Source: Hydrogenophilales bacterium
Lineage (GTDB): Bacteria > Pseudomonadota > Gammaproteobacteria > Burkholderiales > Eutrophovitaceae
DNA: 64,000 nt
Direction of reading: 5' to 3'
Assembly (NCBI GenBank): GCA_902627495.1
Contig: CACOJS010000001.1
Coordinates: 6,229 to 70,228 of the forward strand
The notes below the pieces were generated by a model. That model did not search any database, was not told the origin of the DNA, and worked only from the letters and a program-made list of their open reading frames with translations. Positions within the stretch are counted from its first letter, which is position 1. Each line of letters starts with the position of its first letter. The translations under genes and the position numbers were made by a program. Of this stretch, positions 38,858-47,822 are shown piece after piece.

Positions 38858-39415
38858 ATGATAGAGGCAGCTATGTTTATATTCGGTTCTGTTTTTAGCA
38901 TGTTTTCTTTTTTGCTTATTTTGCGATTTTTTTTTCAGTTAACACTTTTTTCTTATGAGCACCCAATACCTAAGTTTGTCAATGCTATGACCGATTTTGC
39001 GGTCTTGCCTGCCCGGAGAATAATTCCCGGGATTTTTGGTTATGAAATTGCTAGTCTAGCTTTGGCATTATTGGTAGAAGTGTTATTGTTACTGGGAACA
39101 CGTCTTTTGCTTGGTTACATTTTTTCTTGGTCTTTTTTTATTCCGTTGTTGGCCATACTAAGTATCACTAAAACAATCGTCTATATTATTTTGTTTGCGG
39201 TCTTTATTCAGGCAATATTATCTTGGATAAACCCGTTTAATCCCCTTATGAGTCTTCTGCAAAGCATGACAAGCCCATTTTTAAAAAATTTTCAAAGAAG
39301 GATACCTCTTGTCGGAGGTGTTGATTTGTCTCCAATTGTCTTGATTTTTGTTTGTCAAATTATTTTGATCTGGCCAATCGGAGCAATTGAGTTATATTTA
39401 ATTAGTAAAGTTTAA
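38858..39415 (+). CDS. yggT: YggT-family integral membrane protein
   Basis: 185 aa membrane protein in the conserved yggS-proC-yggT position. Confidence 0.85.
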   Translation: MIEAAMFIFGSVFSMFSFLLILRFFFQLTLFSYEHPIPKFVNAMTDFAVLPARRIIPGIFGYEIASLALALLVEVLLLLGTRLLLGYIFSWSFFIPLLAILSITKTIVYIILFAVFIQAILSWINPFNPLMSLLQSMTSPFLKNFQRRIPLVGGVDLSPIVLIFVCQIILIWPIGAIELYLISKV

Positions 39416-39563
39416 GAGTTCACGGTTGCTTTGTGAGAGGTGTAAAAAAGCGAAATTTGAACAAATGCTTTTTATAATGTACCGCAAATTATTATGATGT
39501 TTGCCCGTTTTTGTCAATTTTGTTAATGCAAGCACCTATTGGTATGATCATGCTTTGCGGCCA

Positions 39564-40187
39564 TTACGCAACTTTGGCTAATAAGCCTCGAGATTTCAAT
39601 AACTCAGATGTCTCATAAACGGGTAGTCCAACAACTCCACTGTAGCTTCCGGATATATTTACGGTAAAGATATTCGCTTTTCCTTGTATCGCATAAGCTC
39701 CTGCTCTTCCATAAGACTCTCCGAGTGCTACGTATCTTCGGATTTCTTCGTCTTCAAGGTGGGAAAATGTTACTTCAGTTGATGAAAAAGTCTCAAAAAT
39801 TCCGTCACCAGTTTTTAAGGCAACTGCCGTATGAACAAAATGTGATTTTCCTGCCAGCTTTCTAATAGTTTCTACAGCATCTTCCTGGTCTTTTGGTTTG
39901 CCCAAAATATAGTCACCAAGACCCACCGTAGTGTCTGCAGCCAGAACAGGATAGGATAAAAGTTGTCTCCGTTGGCTCAACTCCCATCCCGCAATTGCTT
40001 TTATTTTTGCCACTCTTTTTACATACTCCAGGGGACGCTCACTAACTTGCGGTGTCTCATCAAACCCACCATCACCTTTATACCCTTCTCTTAGCACCAA
40101 GGTCTCGAAGTTGACTCCCATGTGAGAGAGAAGATCCCTTCGTTGAGTGCTACGAGATGCTAGGTATATGCTTTTAAAAGTATTCAT
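39564..40187 (-). CDS. maf: Maf-family nucleoside-triphosphate pyrophosphatase (septum formation inhibitor-like)
   Basis: 207 aa. IYLASRSTQRRDLL, AADTTV, GRAGAYAIQG. Confidence 0.9.
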   Translation of the reverse strand: MNTFKSIYLASRSTQRRDLLSHMGVNFETLVLREGYKGDGGFDETPQVSERPLEYVKRVAKIKAIAGWELSQRRQLLSYPVLAADTTVGLGDYILGKPKDQEDAVETIRKLAGKSHFVHTAVALKTGDGIFETFSSTEVTFSHLEDEEIRRYVALGESYGRAGAYAIQGKANIFTVNISGSYSGVVGLPVYETSELLKSRGLLAKVA

Positions 40188-40214
40188 TAATACGGTTTTT
40201 TTATCATCGTTAAA

Positions 40215-40688
40215 CTAGGCTCTATGATATGGATGATTTTTTAGAATAGATACTACTCTATAAACCTGCTCCGTCAAAACAATGAGAGCTAGTGGGTGAG
40301 CAAATGTCATTGGAGACAGTGACAGTAGAAAATCGGCTTTATCCTTAACAGATTTATCTAATCCATTGGCCCCTCCAACCAGAAAACACAGATTTCTGCC
40401 GTTTTCTACCCAGATATTAAAGTTATGATAAAACCCCATAGTACTGAGTTTATCACCTTTCTCGTCTAATGCTATTGTGAAACTGTTTTTGGGAATAGTC
40501 GATAAAATTTTTTTGGATTCAGCTACTAGTGATAGATTAACATTAGGATTATTTTTTTTTTGAATTACAGGCTTTATGTTTTTCGTTATCAGTGAAAAAC
40601 TCGGGTTCAAATTTTTACTATAGTGGTTGAACCCCTCATTTATCCAGGCAGGCGGTTGATTGCCAACGGTAAGGATGTAAATTTTCAT
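40215..40688 (-). CDS. rlmH: 23S rRNA (pseudouridine1915-N3)-methyltransferase
   Basis: 157 aa SPOUT protein. FLVGGANG...HPLALIVLTEQVYRVVSILKNHPYH. Follows rsfS. Confidence 0.93.
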   Translation of the reverse strand: MKIYILTVGNQPPAWINEGFNHYSKNLNPSFSLITKNIKPVIQKKNNPNVNLSLVAESKKILSTIPKNSFTIALDEKGDKLSTMGFYHNFNIWVENGRNLCFLVGGANGLDKSVKDKADFLLSLSPMTFAHPLALIVLTEQVYRVVSILKNHPYHRA

Positions 40689-40697
40689 TATTTTTGA

Positions 40698-41051
40698 TTA
40701 ATCTACAGTATTTTTTTGTTTGTGAGACCATAGTTCTTCTAGATTATAAAACCTCCTAATATCAGGTTGCATAATATGAAGTACAACATCTCCAATATCG
40801 ATTAACACCCATCCCCCCTCGCTGAGTCCTTCTACCCCCAACACTTTACCCCCTAAAGACTTAATGTCCTCTTGAATTTTTATCGTAGCTGCCCTACTTT
40901 GCCTACCAGAAGCCACTGTAGCAAGTACGACGTAATCGAAAAGAGGGGTGATATCAGAGACCGTGAAAACTTTCAAATCAGTGGCTTTAATATCCTCTAG
41001 TGCGTTAGTAACTATACTTATTAGGGGATTGAAATCGTGATTATCGTTTAT
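40698..41051 (-). CDS. rsfS: Ribosomal silencing factor RsfS; start codon unresolved
   Basis: The track ORF 40698..40976 starts at TTG. The frame stays open upstream to 41066 and encodes PLISIVTNALEDIKATD, a conserved RsfS helix. No ATG/GTG/TTG/CTG occurs in that stretch. ATA at 41051 lies 6 nt after a GGAGA, so it is the proposed start. Confidence 0.6.
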   Translation of the reverse strand: MNDNHDFNPLISIVTNALEDIKATDLKVFTVSDITPLFDYVVLATVASGRQSRAATIKIQEDIKSLGGKVLGVEGLSEGGWVLIDIGDVVLHIMQPDIRRFYNLEELWSHKQKNTVD

Positions 41052-41703
41052 ATAAATTCTCCATTTTTATATAATCATGGACAGCACTAGGTACTAGGTA
41101 CCTCATACTTTTATTTTGATTCAATTGTTGCCTCAGCATTGTAGAAGAAATAGCAAGGCCTGTGAACTTGTAAATAAAAATTTTTCCTGCCGTTAGATTT
41201 ATTAATTGATTTTTGTCTCTCGACATTCGGCTTTTAAGTTCAATTTGTAATTCACTCGATTTGATTTCTTGTTTTGGCGAGTCATTTTGATTGCTAGCTC
41301 TACTAGCGATAATAATATGTGATAGCAAAAATATAGTTTCCCATTGATGCCATGTGGTAAGCTGAGAGAAAACATCTGAACCCATAATCAATGCTAATGA
41401 TTGTTCAGGTAATTCTTTCCGAATTGCTTTCAGGGTGTCGACGGTAAAACTGGGTCCCTCACGTTTCGTTTCTCTGTCGTCAAGTTTAAGTCTAGAGTTG
41501 TTTTTGATTGCTAATTGCAGCATGCTTATCCTCTGCTCTATCGAAGCATCAGGTTGGTGTCTGTGGGGAGGAACTAAGTTAGGGATAAGTCTAACTTCGG
41601 ATAGACTAAATTCTTCGCTGACTTCTTCAGCTAGCCTCAGATGAGCTAGATGTATGGGATCAAAAGTTCCACCAAAAAGTCCTATAGGCCCTAAGCTTTT
41701 CAT
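41041..41703 (-). CDS. nadD: Nicotinate-nucleotide adenylyltransferase
   Basis: ORF 41041..41730 starts at TTG. ATG at 41703 gives MKSLGPIGLFGGTFDPIHLAHL, the canonical NadD N-terminus with the (H/T)xxH motif. Confidence 0.92.
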   Translation of the reverse strand: MKSLGPIGLFGGTFDPIHLAHLRLAEEVSEEFSLSEVRLIPNLVPPHRHQPDASIEQRISMLQLAIKNNSRLKLDDRETKREGPSFTVDTLKAIRKELPEQSLALIMGSDVFSQLTTWHQWETIFLLSHIIIASRASNQNDSPKQEIKSSELQIELKSRMSRDKNQLINLTAGKIFIYKFTGLAISSTMLRQQLNQNKSMRYLVPSAVHDYIKMENLYKR

Positions 41704-41738
41704 GCTTAAATGGTTCTTAAATATCCACAACTAATAGT

Positions 41739-43064
41739 TTAAAGTAAGCCATTTTTTAAATCATTTAGTAATGAAGCAAGGTATACAATAAAGCGACTGC
41801 CTTCAGCCCCATCAATTACCCGATGGTCATACGATAGTGATAAGGGTAGCATTTCCCTCGGGTTAAATGTTTCACCATCCCATACGGGTTTAAATTGTGA
41901 TCGATTAATCCCCAATATAGCGACTTCAGGTGAATTAATTATAGGCGTGAAGTGTCCTCCACCTATACCTCCTAAACTGGATACCGAGAAAGTTCCTCCT
42001 TCCATATCAGAAGGCAATAATCTGGATTTCCTGGCTTTATTGCTAAGAAGAGTGAGCTCTTTTGCTATTTCAAGGATACCTTTTTCATTCACATTTCGAA
42101 CTACCGGAACAACCAGGCCATCGGAAGTGTCTACTGCTACACCTATGTTAATATATTTTTTTAAAATTACCTCACCGCCAGATTCGCCGAGAGATGAATT
42201 AAAGTTTGGATGTTTCTTTAATGCGATTCCTAAAGCTTTAATTATGAAAGATACAGGTGTAATCTTTATATCACATTTCTTTGATATGCTTTGTCTAAAT
42301 TTTTCAAGTTCCGTAACATCTGCCTCATGATGTTGTGTAACATGAGGAATTTGAACCCAATTTCTGTGCAGAATGGGTCCGGATATTTTTTTTATTCTCC
42401 CTAGACTTTTCTCTTCGATTTCTCCAAATTTTCGGAAGTCTACTCTAATTTGATTGGCCATCCCTCCAGCAGCCTGATAAGGTTGTGTTTTTGTTTGTGA
42501 TAAGGTCGTTTTTACGTGTTTGTGAACATCCTCTCTCAGAATCCTATTTTTTTGTCCGGTACCTTGCACCTGCGAAAGATCAACTCCTAATTCCCTGGCT
42601 AATCGTCGTACTCCGGGGCTTGCATGGGTTACTATCCCGCTATTAAGAGACGGGGCTAAAGTTTGTCTTGGCTCTTGGTGAGTGCTTGTACCACCAACTG
42701 GGCCTGCCATCGTTGTATCACCGGGTTGGGGAATTTTTGGAGGTTCAACGTCTATCAACACTTCTTTTTCGGGAGATTTTATTTTTTTTTCAATGTCACT
42801 GTCTTTCAGTTGATGGTCAGTCTCTAAAGCTTCCATTGATAAAATTAGAGATCCCTCTGATACGGTATCCCCCGGGTTAACTTTAATCTCCTTGACAACA
42901 CCTGAAGTTGGAGTCGGAACTTCCATAGTTGCCTTATCGGACTCGAGTGTAATAATAGAGTCTTCTGCATTTACGGTGTCGCCAGGTTTAACTAGTACCT
43001 CAATGACCGGAATATTTTTAAAGTCTCCTATATCGGGTACAAAAATGTCTTTTAAGCTACTCAT
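41739..43064 (-). CDS. aceF: Pyruvate dehydrogenase E2, dihydrolipoamide acetyltransferase (single lipoyl domain)
   Basis: 441 aa. One lipoyl domain (LESDKATMEV), E1/E3-binding domain (SPGVRRLARELGVDL), catalytic DHRVIDGA. Confidence 0.93.
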   Translation of the reverse strand: MSSLKDIFVPDIGDFKNIPVIEVLVKPGDTVNAEDSIITLESDKATMEVPTPTSGVVKEIKVNPGDTVSEGSLILSMEALETDHQLKDSDIEKKIKSPEKEVLIDVEPPKIPQPGDTTMAGPVGGTSTHQEPRQTLAPSLNSGIVTHASPGVRRLARELGVDLSQVQGTGQKNRILREDVHKHVKTTLSQTKTQPYQAAGGMANQIRVDFRKFGEIEEKSLGRIKKISGPILHRNWVQIPHVTQHHEADVTELEKFRQSISKKCDIKITPVSFIIKALGIALKKHPNFNSSLGESGGEVILKKYINIGVAVDTSDGLVVPVVRNVNEKGILEIAKELTLLSNKARKSRLLPSDMEGGTFSVSSLGGIGGGHFTPIINSPEVAILGINRSQFKPVWDGETFNPREMLPLSLSYDHRVIDGAEGSRFIVYLASLLNDLKNGLL

Positions 43065-43088
43065 TTCTACCTTTAATTTAGATGTATG

Positions 43089-45740
43089 TTAAGACTGAGC
43101 TGGGTTTTCTCTGTTAGGATCGATGCCATATTGTTTTATAGCCTTATCAATCATATTAGGTTTTATACTTCCTTCATCTGATAGTGCTTTTAAAGCAGCA
43201 ATTGTGATATGGTAGCGGTCAATTTCAAAAAAAGATCTAAGTTTTTCTCGAGTATCTGATCTACCATACCCATCAGTCCCAAGTGTTATGTATGTCTTCG
43301 ATATAAATTCCCTTATTTGATCCGGGTATATCTTCATATAATCGGTTGCGGCTACTACAGGTCCTTTAGTAGAGTTAAGACATTTTGATACGAAACTCTC
43401 TTTTTTTGGCTTTTGGGGGTTTAGCATATTCCAACGCGAAACTTCGAGGCCCTCACGTCTCAATTCATTGAAGCTGGTGGCACTCCAGACATCCGCTGGG
43501 ATATCAAAGTCAGTTTCTAATAGCTTTTGTGCTTTTATAACTTCATTGAGAATCGCCCCACTACCTAATAATTGAACTCGTAGATTTGTTTTGGTTAGTT
43601 TAGATTTGGAAAACATATATAACCCTTTAATAATATTTTCTTCTGTGCCTTTTGGCAATTTAGAGTGGATATAGTTTTCATTCATTAGAGTAATGTAATA
43701 AAATACGTCTTCCTGATTCTGGAACATTCTTTCCATGCCATTGTGTATTATGACTGCAAGCTCAAAAGAAAATGCCGGATCATAAGATATACAATTTGGA
43801 ATAGTAGATGCTAAAAGGTGACTATGGCCATCCTCGTGTTGAAGTCCCTCGCCATTTAGTGTTGTTCGTCCGGCCGTGGCTCCCAACAAAAAACCACGAG
43901 CCCTTTGGTCACCGGCGGCCCAGGCTAGATCACCAGTTCTTTGAAAACCAAACATCGAGTAACAAATATAAAATGGGACCATACTAAGTCCGTGAGTCGA
44001 GTATGACGTTGCAGCAGCAATCCAAGAAGACATTGCCCCTGCTTCATTAATTCCTTCTTGTAGGATTTGTCCATTTTTATCTTCTTTGTAAAACATTAAT
44101 TGATCCGCATCTTCTGGAGTATAAAGTTGGCCTACTGACGACCATATTCCAAGTTGTCGAAACATACCTTCCATGCCGAACGTTCGCGATTCGTCGGGTA
44201 CAATTGGTACAATCCGTTGACCAATTACTTTATCGCGTAACAAGATGGAGAGAATACGGACAAATGCCATAGTCGATGAAATTTTTCTATCACCAGACCC
44301 CTTTAATACAGACGCAAACTGCTCTAATTTAGGCACTAACAACCTATCCCCATGTGTACGCCTAGAAGGTAGATATCCTCCCAGATCCTCCCGTCTTTTT
44401 CGCATATAATTCAATTCAGGGGAGTTATCGGCAAATTTGAGATAAGGGATATTTTCGAGATCTTCGTCCTTTACAGGTAGTTTGAATCGGTCACGAAATT
44501 CTTTTAAGGATGTAGTTCCCATCTTTTTTTGTTGATGGGTAATGTTTTGAGCCTCACCAGCTTCTCCCATTCCATATCCTTTAATTGTTTTAGCTAGTAT
44601 TACGGTGGGTTGACCCTTATGTTCCACCGCTTGGGTGTAAGCCGCATAAATTTTATGGGGGTCGTGCCCCCCTCTGTTTAGACGCCATATATCATCGTCA
44701 GAGAGATTAGAAACTAGTGCCTTTAATTCCGGATATTTCCCAAAAAAATGTTCTCGTACGTAATCTCCATCTTTCGATTTGAATGTTTGGTACTCACCGT
44801 CTACACATTCTTCCATTCTTTTTTTCAGTAACCCAGTGCTATCTTGGGCAATGAGAGGGTCCCAATATGAGCCCCAAATTAATTTGATTACGTTCCATCC
44901 AGTACCTCTAAAGTCCGCCTCTAGTTCTTGAATAATTTTCCCGTTGCCCCTTACAGGTCCATCAAGTCTTTGTAAATTACAATTAATTACAAAAATTAGA
45001 TTATCTAAGTTTTCTCGAGAAGCCACCCCGATGGCTCCCATTGACTCTGGCTCATCGGTTTCGCCATCACCAAGAAAGCACCAAACTTTGCGCCCTTCAG
45101 TATTCAATATCCCTCGGTCGTTTAAATATTTCATTAGTCGAGCCTGATATATAGCCATGATTGGGCCCAAGCCCATTGACACGGTAGGAAATTGCCAGAA
45201 GTCCGGCATTAACCATGGGTGAGGATAAGAGGATAAGCCATTACCTCCCACCTCCTGGCGAAAATTGTCAAGCTGGTCTTCGCTCAACCTTCCTAATAGA
45301 AATGCTCTGGCATAAATTCCAGGTGCTGAGTGACCTTGCATAAAAACCAAATCACCTCCATTGTTTTCAGAGGCAGCACGCCAGAAGTGATTGTACCCAA
45401 CGTCATATAAGGTGGCAGCGGACGCAAAACTCGCTATATGTCCGCCCACGTTTGTTTGTCTGTTAGCCCTTAAAACCATGGCTGCGGCATTCCATCTAAT
45501 ATATGACCTAATGGTATGTTCTAATTCGTGATCTCCTGGTGATTTTTTTTCTTTTTCTGGGGAGATGGTATTCACATATGGGGTATTCGCACTGTGTAAA
45601 AATGTACCACCAGAATCTCCAGCTCTTTCTATTAATTTTTCGATGAGGTACAGAGCTCTGTCCGGTCCCTGATGACTTATTATACTATCAATAGAGTCAA
45701 GCCACTCCTCTGTTTCTTGTGGATCCAAGTCAGTTGACAT
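43089..45740 (-). CDS. aceE: Pyruvate dehydrogenase E1 component (homodimeric type)
   Basis: 883 aa. Typical AceE length. TPP-binding GDGE...N region (CFLGDGETDEPES). Confidence 0.95.
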   Translation of the reverse strand: MSTDLDPQETEEWLDSIDSIISHQGPDRALYLIEKLIERAGDSGGTFLHSANTPYVNTISPEKEKKSPGDHELEHTIRSYIRWNAAAMVLRANRQTNVGGHIASFASAATLYDVGYNHFWRAASENNGGDLVFMQGHSAPGIYARAFLLGRLSEDQLDNFRQEVGGNGLSSYPHPWLMPDFWQFPTVSMGLGPIMAIYQARLMKYLNDRGILNTEGRKVWCFLGDGETDEPESMGAIGVASRENLDNLIFVINCNLQRLDGPVRGNGKIIQELEADFRGTGWNVIKLIWGSYWDPLIAQDSTGLLKKRMEECVDGEYQTFKSKDGDYVREHFFGKYPELKALVSNLSDDDIWRLNRGGHDPHKIYAAYTQAVEHKGQPTVILAKTIKGYGMGEAGEAQNITHQQKKMGTTSLKEFRDRFKLPVKDEDLENIPYLKFADNSPELNYMRKRREDLGGYLPSRRTHGDRLLVPKLEQFASVLKGSGDRKISSTMAFVRILSILLRDKVIGQRIVPIVPDESRTFGMEGMFRQLGIWSSVGQLYTPEDADQLMFYKEDKNGQILQEGINEAGAMSSWIAAATSYSTHGLSMVPFYICYSMFGFQRTGDLAWAAGDQRARGFLLGATAGRTTLNGEGLQHEDGHSHLLASTIPNCISYDPAFSFELAVIIHNGMERMFQNQEDVFYYITLMNENYIHSKLPKGTEENIIKGLYMFSKSKLTKTNLRVQLLGSGAILNEVIKAQKLLETDFDIPADVWSATSFNELRREGLEVSRWNMLNPQKPKKESFVSKCLNSTKGPVVAATDYMKIYPDQIREFISKTYITLGTDGYGRSDTREKLRSFFEIDRYHITIAALKALSDEGSIKPNMIDKAIKQYGIDPNRENPAQS

Positions 45741-45909
45741 TAGTTTTCCTCATACCGGTTAACCTATTCGTTTGGACTAACTCTTTAAACATTAAACTCA
45801 ATAACTTCGCTAATTGTAGCACTTGAAAGCCACGCCAATAATTAATTTATTAAATATATCCCTGACAAAGATAAATCTTTTCAAAATATGCCAAAATAGC
45901 ATATATAAT

Positions 45910-46491
45910 TTAGGTTCGGCCCATATTATAGAATTCAGTGTTTGGACGTAGGTTTAAGAGGTGAGCCATCCTATTAGAGAGTGCAAAAAAGGCGGTAATA
46001 GCACCTATATCCCAAATTTGTTTATCACTAAACCCGTTTGTGTTAAGTAATTTTTTGTCGGATTCACTTATAAGTTCAGGCGTTCTGGCTAATTTACAAG
46101 CGAAATCAAGCATAGTTTTGTGTTTTTCCGAAATATCGGCATTTTTATGATCAATAGCTATCTGGTCAGAGAGAAATGGACTTTTGGTATATAGTCTTAG
46201 GATTGCACTATGAGAGACAACACAATATGTGCACTTATTGGAGCTACTGGTAGCCACGACTATCATTTCTCTCTCTGTTTTTTCCAAACTGCAGTCATTC
46301 TCCATAATCGTTTCATAATATTGGAAAAAGGCCCGTAACTGGTTTGGTCTATGTCCGATGGCAAGAAACACATTAGGTACAAATCCAGTCTTTTCCTGGA
46401 TTTTGATGACTTTATCTTTTAGGTCTTGGGGTAGAGTATCAAGAGCGGAGGTAGGGTAATTACTAAACTTGTCTTTTGAGGTATCAGTCAT
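45910..46491 (-). CDS. AhpD-like / carboxymuconolactone-decarboxylase-family 'peroxidase-related' protein
   Basis: ORF 45910..46497 starts at TTG; ATG at 46491. CxxC motif in NKCTYCVVSH. Starts 6 nt after the PaaK-like gene stop. Confidence 0.75.
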   Translation of the reverse strand: MTDTSKDKFSNYPTSALDTLPQDLKDKVIKIQEKTGFVPNVFLAIGHRPNQLRAFFQYYETIMENDCSLEKTEREMIVVATSSSNKCTYCVVSHSAILRLYTKSPFLSDQIAIDHKNADISEKHKTMLDFACKLARTPELISESDKKLLNTNGFSDKQIWDIGAITAFFALSNRMAHLLNLRPNTEFYNMGRT

Positions 46492-46497
46492 AACCAA

Positions 46498-47742
46498 CTA
46501 CTGAAACTTTCTATTATCTTCGATGACTTTCCCGTCATTGGGAAGGCGTTCATCTTCTCTAAGGAAGACTACTTCACCCCTCATTTTTGTAATTTCTCGA
46601 AGGGATTTTGTAATTTGTTCTTTGTTAACTACACTTCCTTGAGTAACCTCACAGAAAAGAGTCATTTCATCGCTCATACTGGAGTCATGTTCAATAGTTA
46701 AGCGGGCTTTTCTTATGTAAGAGTGGCGGTTTTGAATTTCAGCAATTTGTCTCGGATGAATAAACATACCACGGACTTTGGTAGTTTGGTTAGCTCTACC
46801 CATCCACCCTTTTATCCTATGATTCGTTCGCCCACATGCACTTTCTCCCTCAGCAATGGCAGAGAGGTCTCCGGTTGCATAACGAATTAATGGGTACACT
46901 GGATCTAGTAGGGTTATTACCACCTCGCCAACTTCTCCATCCGGCACTACCAAGCCTGTTCCGGGCTTAACAATCTCTAGAATGACCCCCTCATCTATCA
47001 CTAGCCCTTGATTAGGTAATGTTTCATATGCCACTAGCCCTAGATCTGCCGTACCATAACATTGTCTAGTCTCGATCCCTCTTTCCTCAAACATATGCCT
47101 AAATTCAGGCAGTAAAGCCTCCCCTCCCACCAAGGCTTTTGAAATCGAGGGCGCTAACTTTACGTTAAGTTCCTCAGCTTTTTCTAAAATAATTTTAAGG
47201 AATGATGGCGTGCCAGAATATGCTGAGGGCCTCAAGTCCGCAATGGTCCGAACTTGCATTTCAGTTTGACCAGTACCAGCTGGAAAAACGGAGCAACCGA
47301 TTTTTTTTGCCCCCTCATCAACCATGAACCCGGCTGGTGTAAAGTGATAGGAAAAAGTATTGTGAATAATATCGTTGGGTCTGAATCCGGCTGCCCACAT
47401 TGCTCGCCCAAATCTCCAGAAATCATCAGATCTGCCCTGTGGATCGTATATCGGACCGGGTGAGGAAAATATTCGTCTAAGCTCTCCCGGGGGAACTGTG
47501 GTCATCCCACCAAAAGGAGGCGCTATAGTTTGACTTTCTTGAAGGTCGTCTTTACGTGTAATCGGTAATTTCGAGAGGTCAGTACGGTCTTGAATACTAT
47601 TGACTTCTATCCTGTCTAGAAGCTTAGAAAAGTATTTTGTTTCAGTTTTTGCGATTCCTAAAGTCTTTCGCAACTCCTTAAAGTTTTCTTCTTCTCTTTG
47701 TGTAGGCGTTCGACTTTCCAATTCGTCATAAAATTTACTCAT
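46498..47742 (-). CDS. PaaK-like (phenylacetate-CoA ligase / F390-synthetase family) adenylate-forming enzyme homolog with atypical P-loop
   Basis: 414 aa. ANL-type motifs YGTAD, YATGD and GRANQTTKVRG are present. The position of the SSGTTGKP loop reads FSSPGPIYDP. Confidence 0.75.
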   Translation of the reverse strand: MSKFYDELESRTPTQREEENFKELRKTLGIAKTETKYFSKLLDRIEVNSIQDRTDLSKLPITRKDDLQESQTIAPPFGGMTTVPPGELRRIFSSPGPIYDPQGRSDDFWRFGRAMWAAGFRPNDIIHNTFSYHFTPAGFMVDEGAKKIGCSVFPAGTGQTEMQVRTIADLRPSAYSGTPSFLKIILEKAEELNVKLAPSISKALVGGEALLPEFRHMFEERGIETRQCYGTADLGLVAYETLPNQGLVIDEGVILEIVKPGTGLVVPDGEVGEVVITLLDPVYPLIRYATGDLSAIAEGESACGRTNHRIKGWMGRANQTTKVRGMFIHPRQIAEIQNRHSYIRKARLTIEHDSSMSDEMTLFCEVTQGSVVNKEQITKSLREITKMRGEVVFLREDERLPNDGKVIEDNRKFQ

Positions 47743-47822
47743 TACTTGTCCCCCCTAGCTTTAGGTGTCGACTCTATCAGTCTACATATCCCGATTACTG
47801 AAATCTATAAACTCAGCTAAAT

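Noticed and set aside
40552-40561. T10 homopolymer (A10 on the coding strand) inside rlmH, with T9 runs in aceF (about 42782-42790) and the acyl-CoA dehydrogenase gene (about 58981-58989). These could be slipped-strand phase-variation tracts.
   Set aside because: All reading frames are intact. The tracts encode Lys/Asn-rich linkers, as expected in an AT-rich genome, and these are housekeeping genes unlikely to be phase-variable.
41041-41069. Possible programmed frameshift fusing NadD to RsfS as an explanation for the missing rsfS start codon.
   Set aside because: No slippery heptamer or downstream structure is visible, and the two proteins are functionally unrelated and are, to my knowledge, encoded as separate genes. 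Non-canonical initiation at the SD-spaced ATA is a simpler explanation.
45741-45909. PdhR-type operator (ATTGGT..ACCAAT) upstream of aceE.
   Set aside because: No such palindrome is present. Only AT-rich sequence with a partial CCAATAATTAATT was seen.
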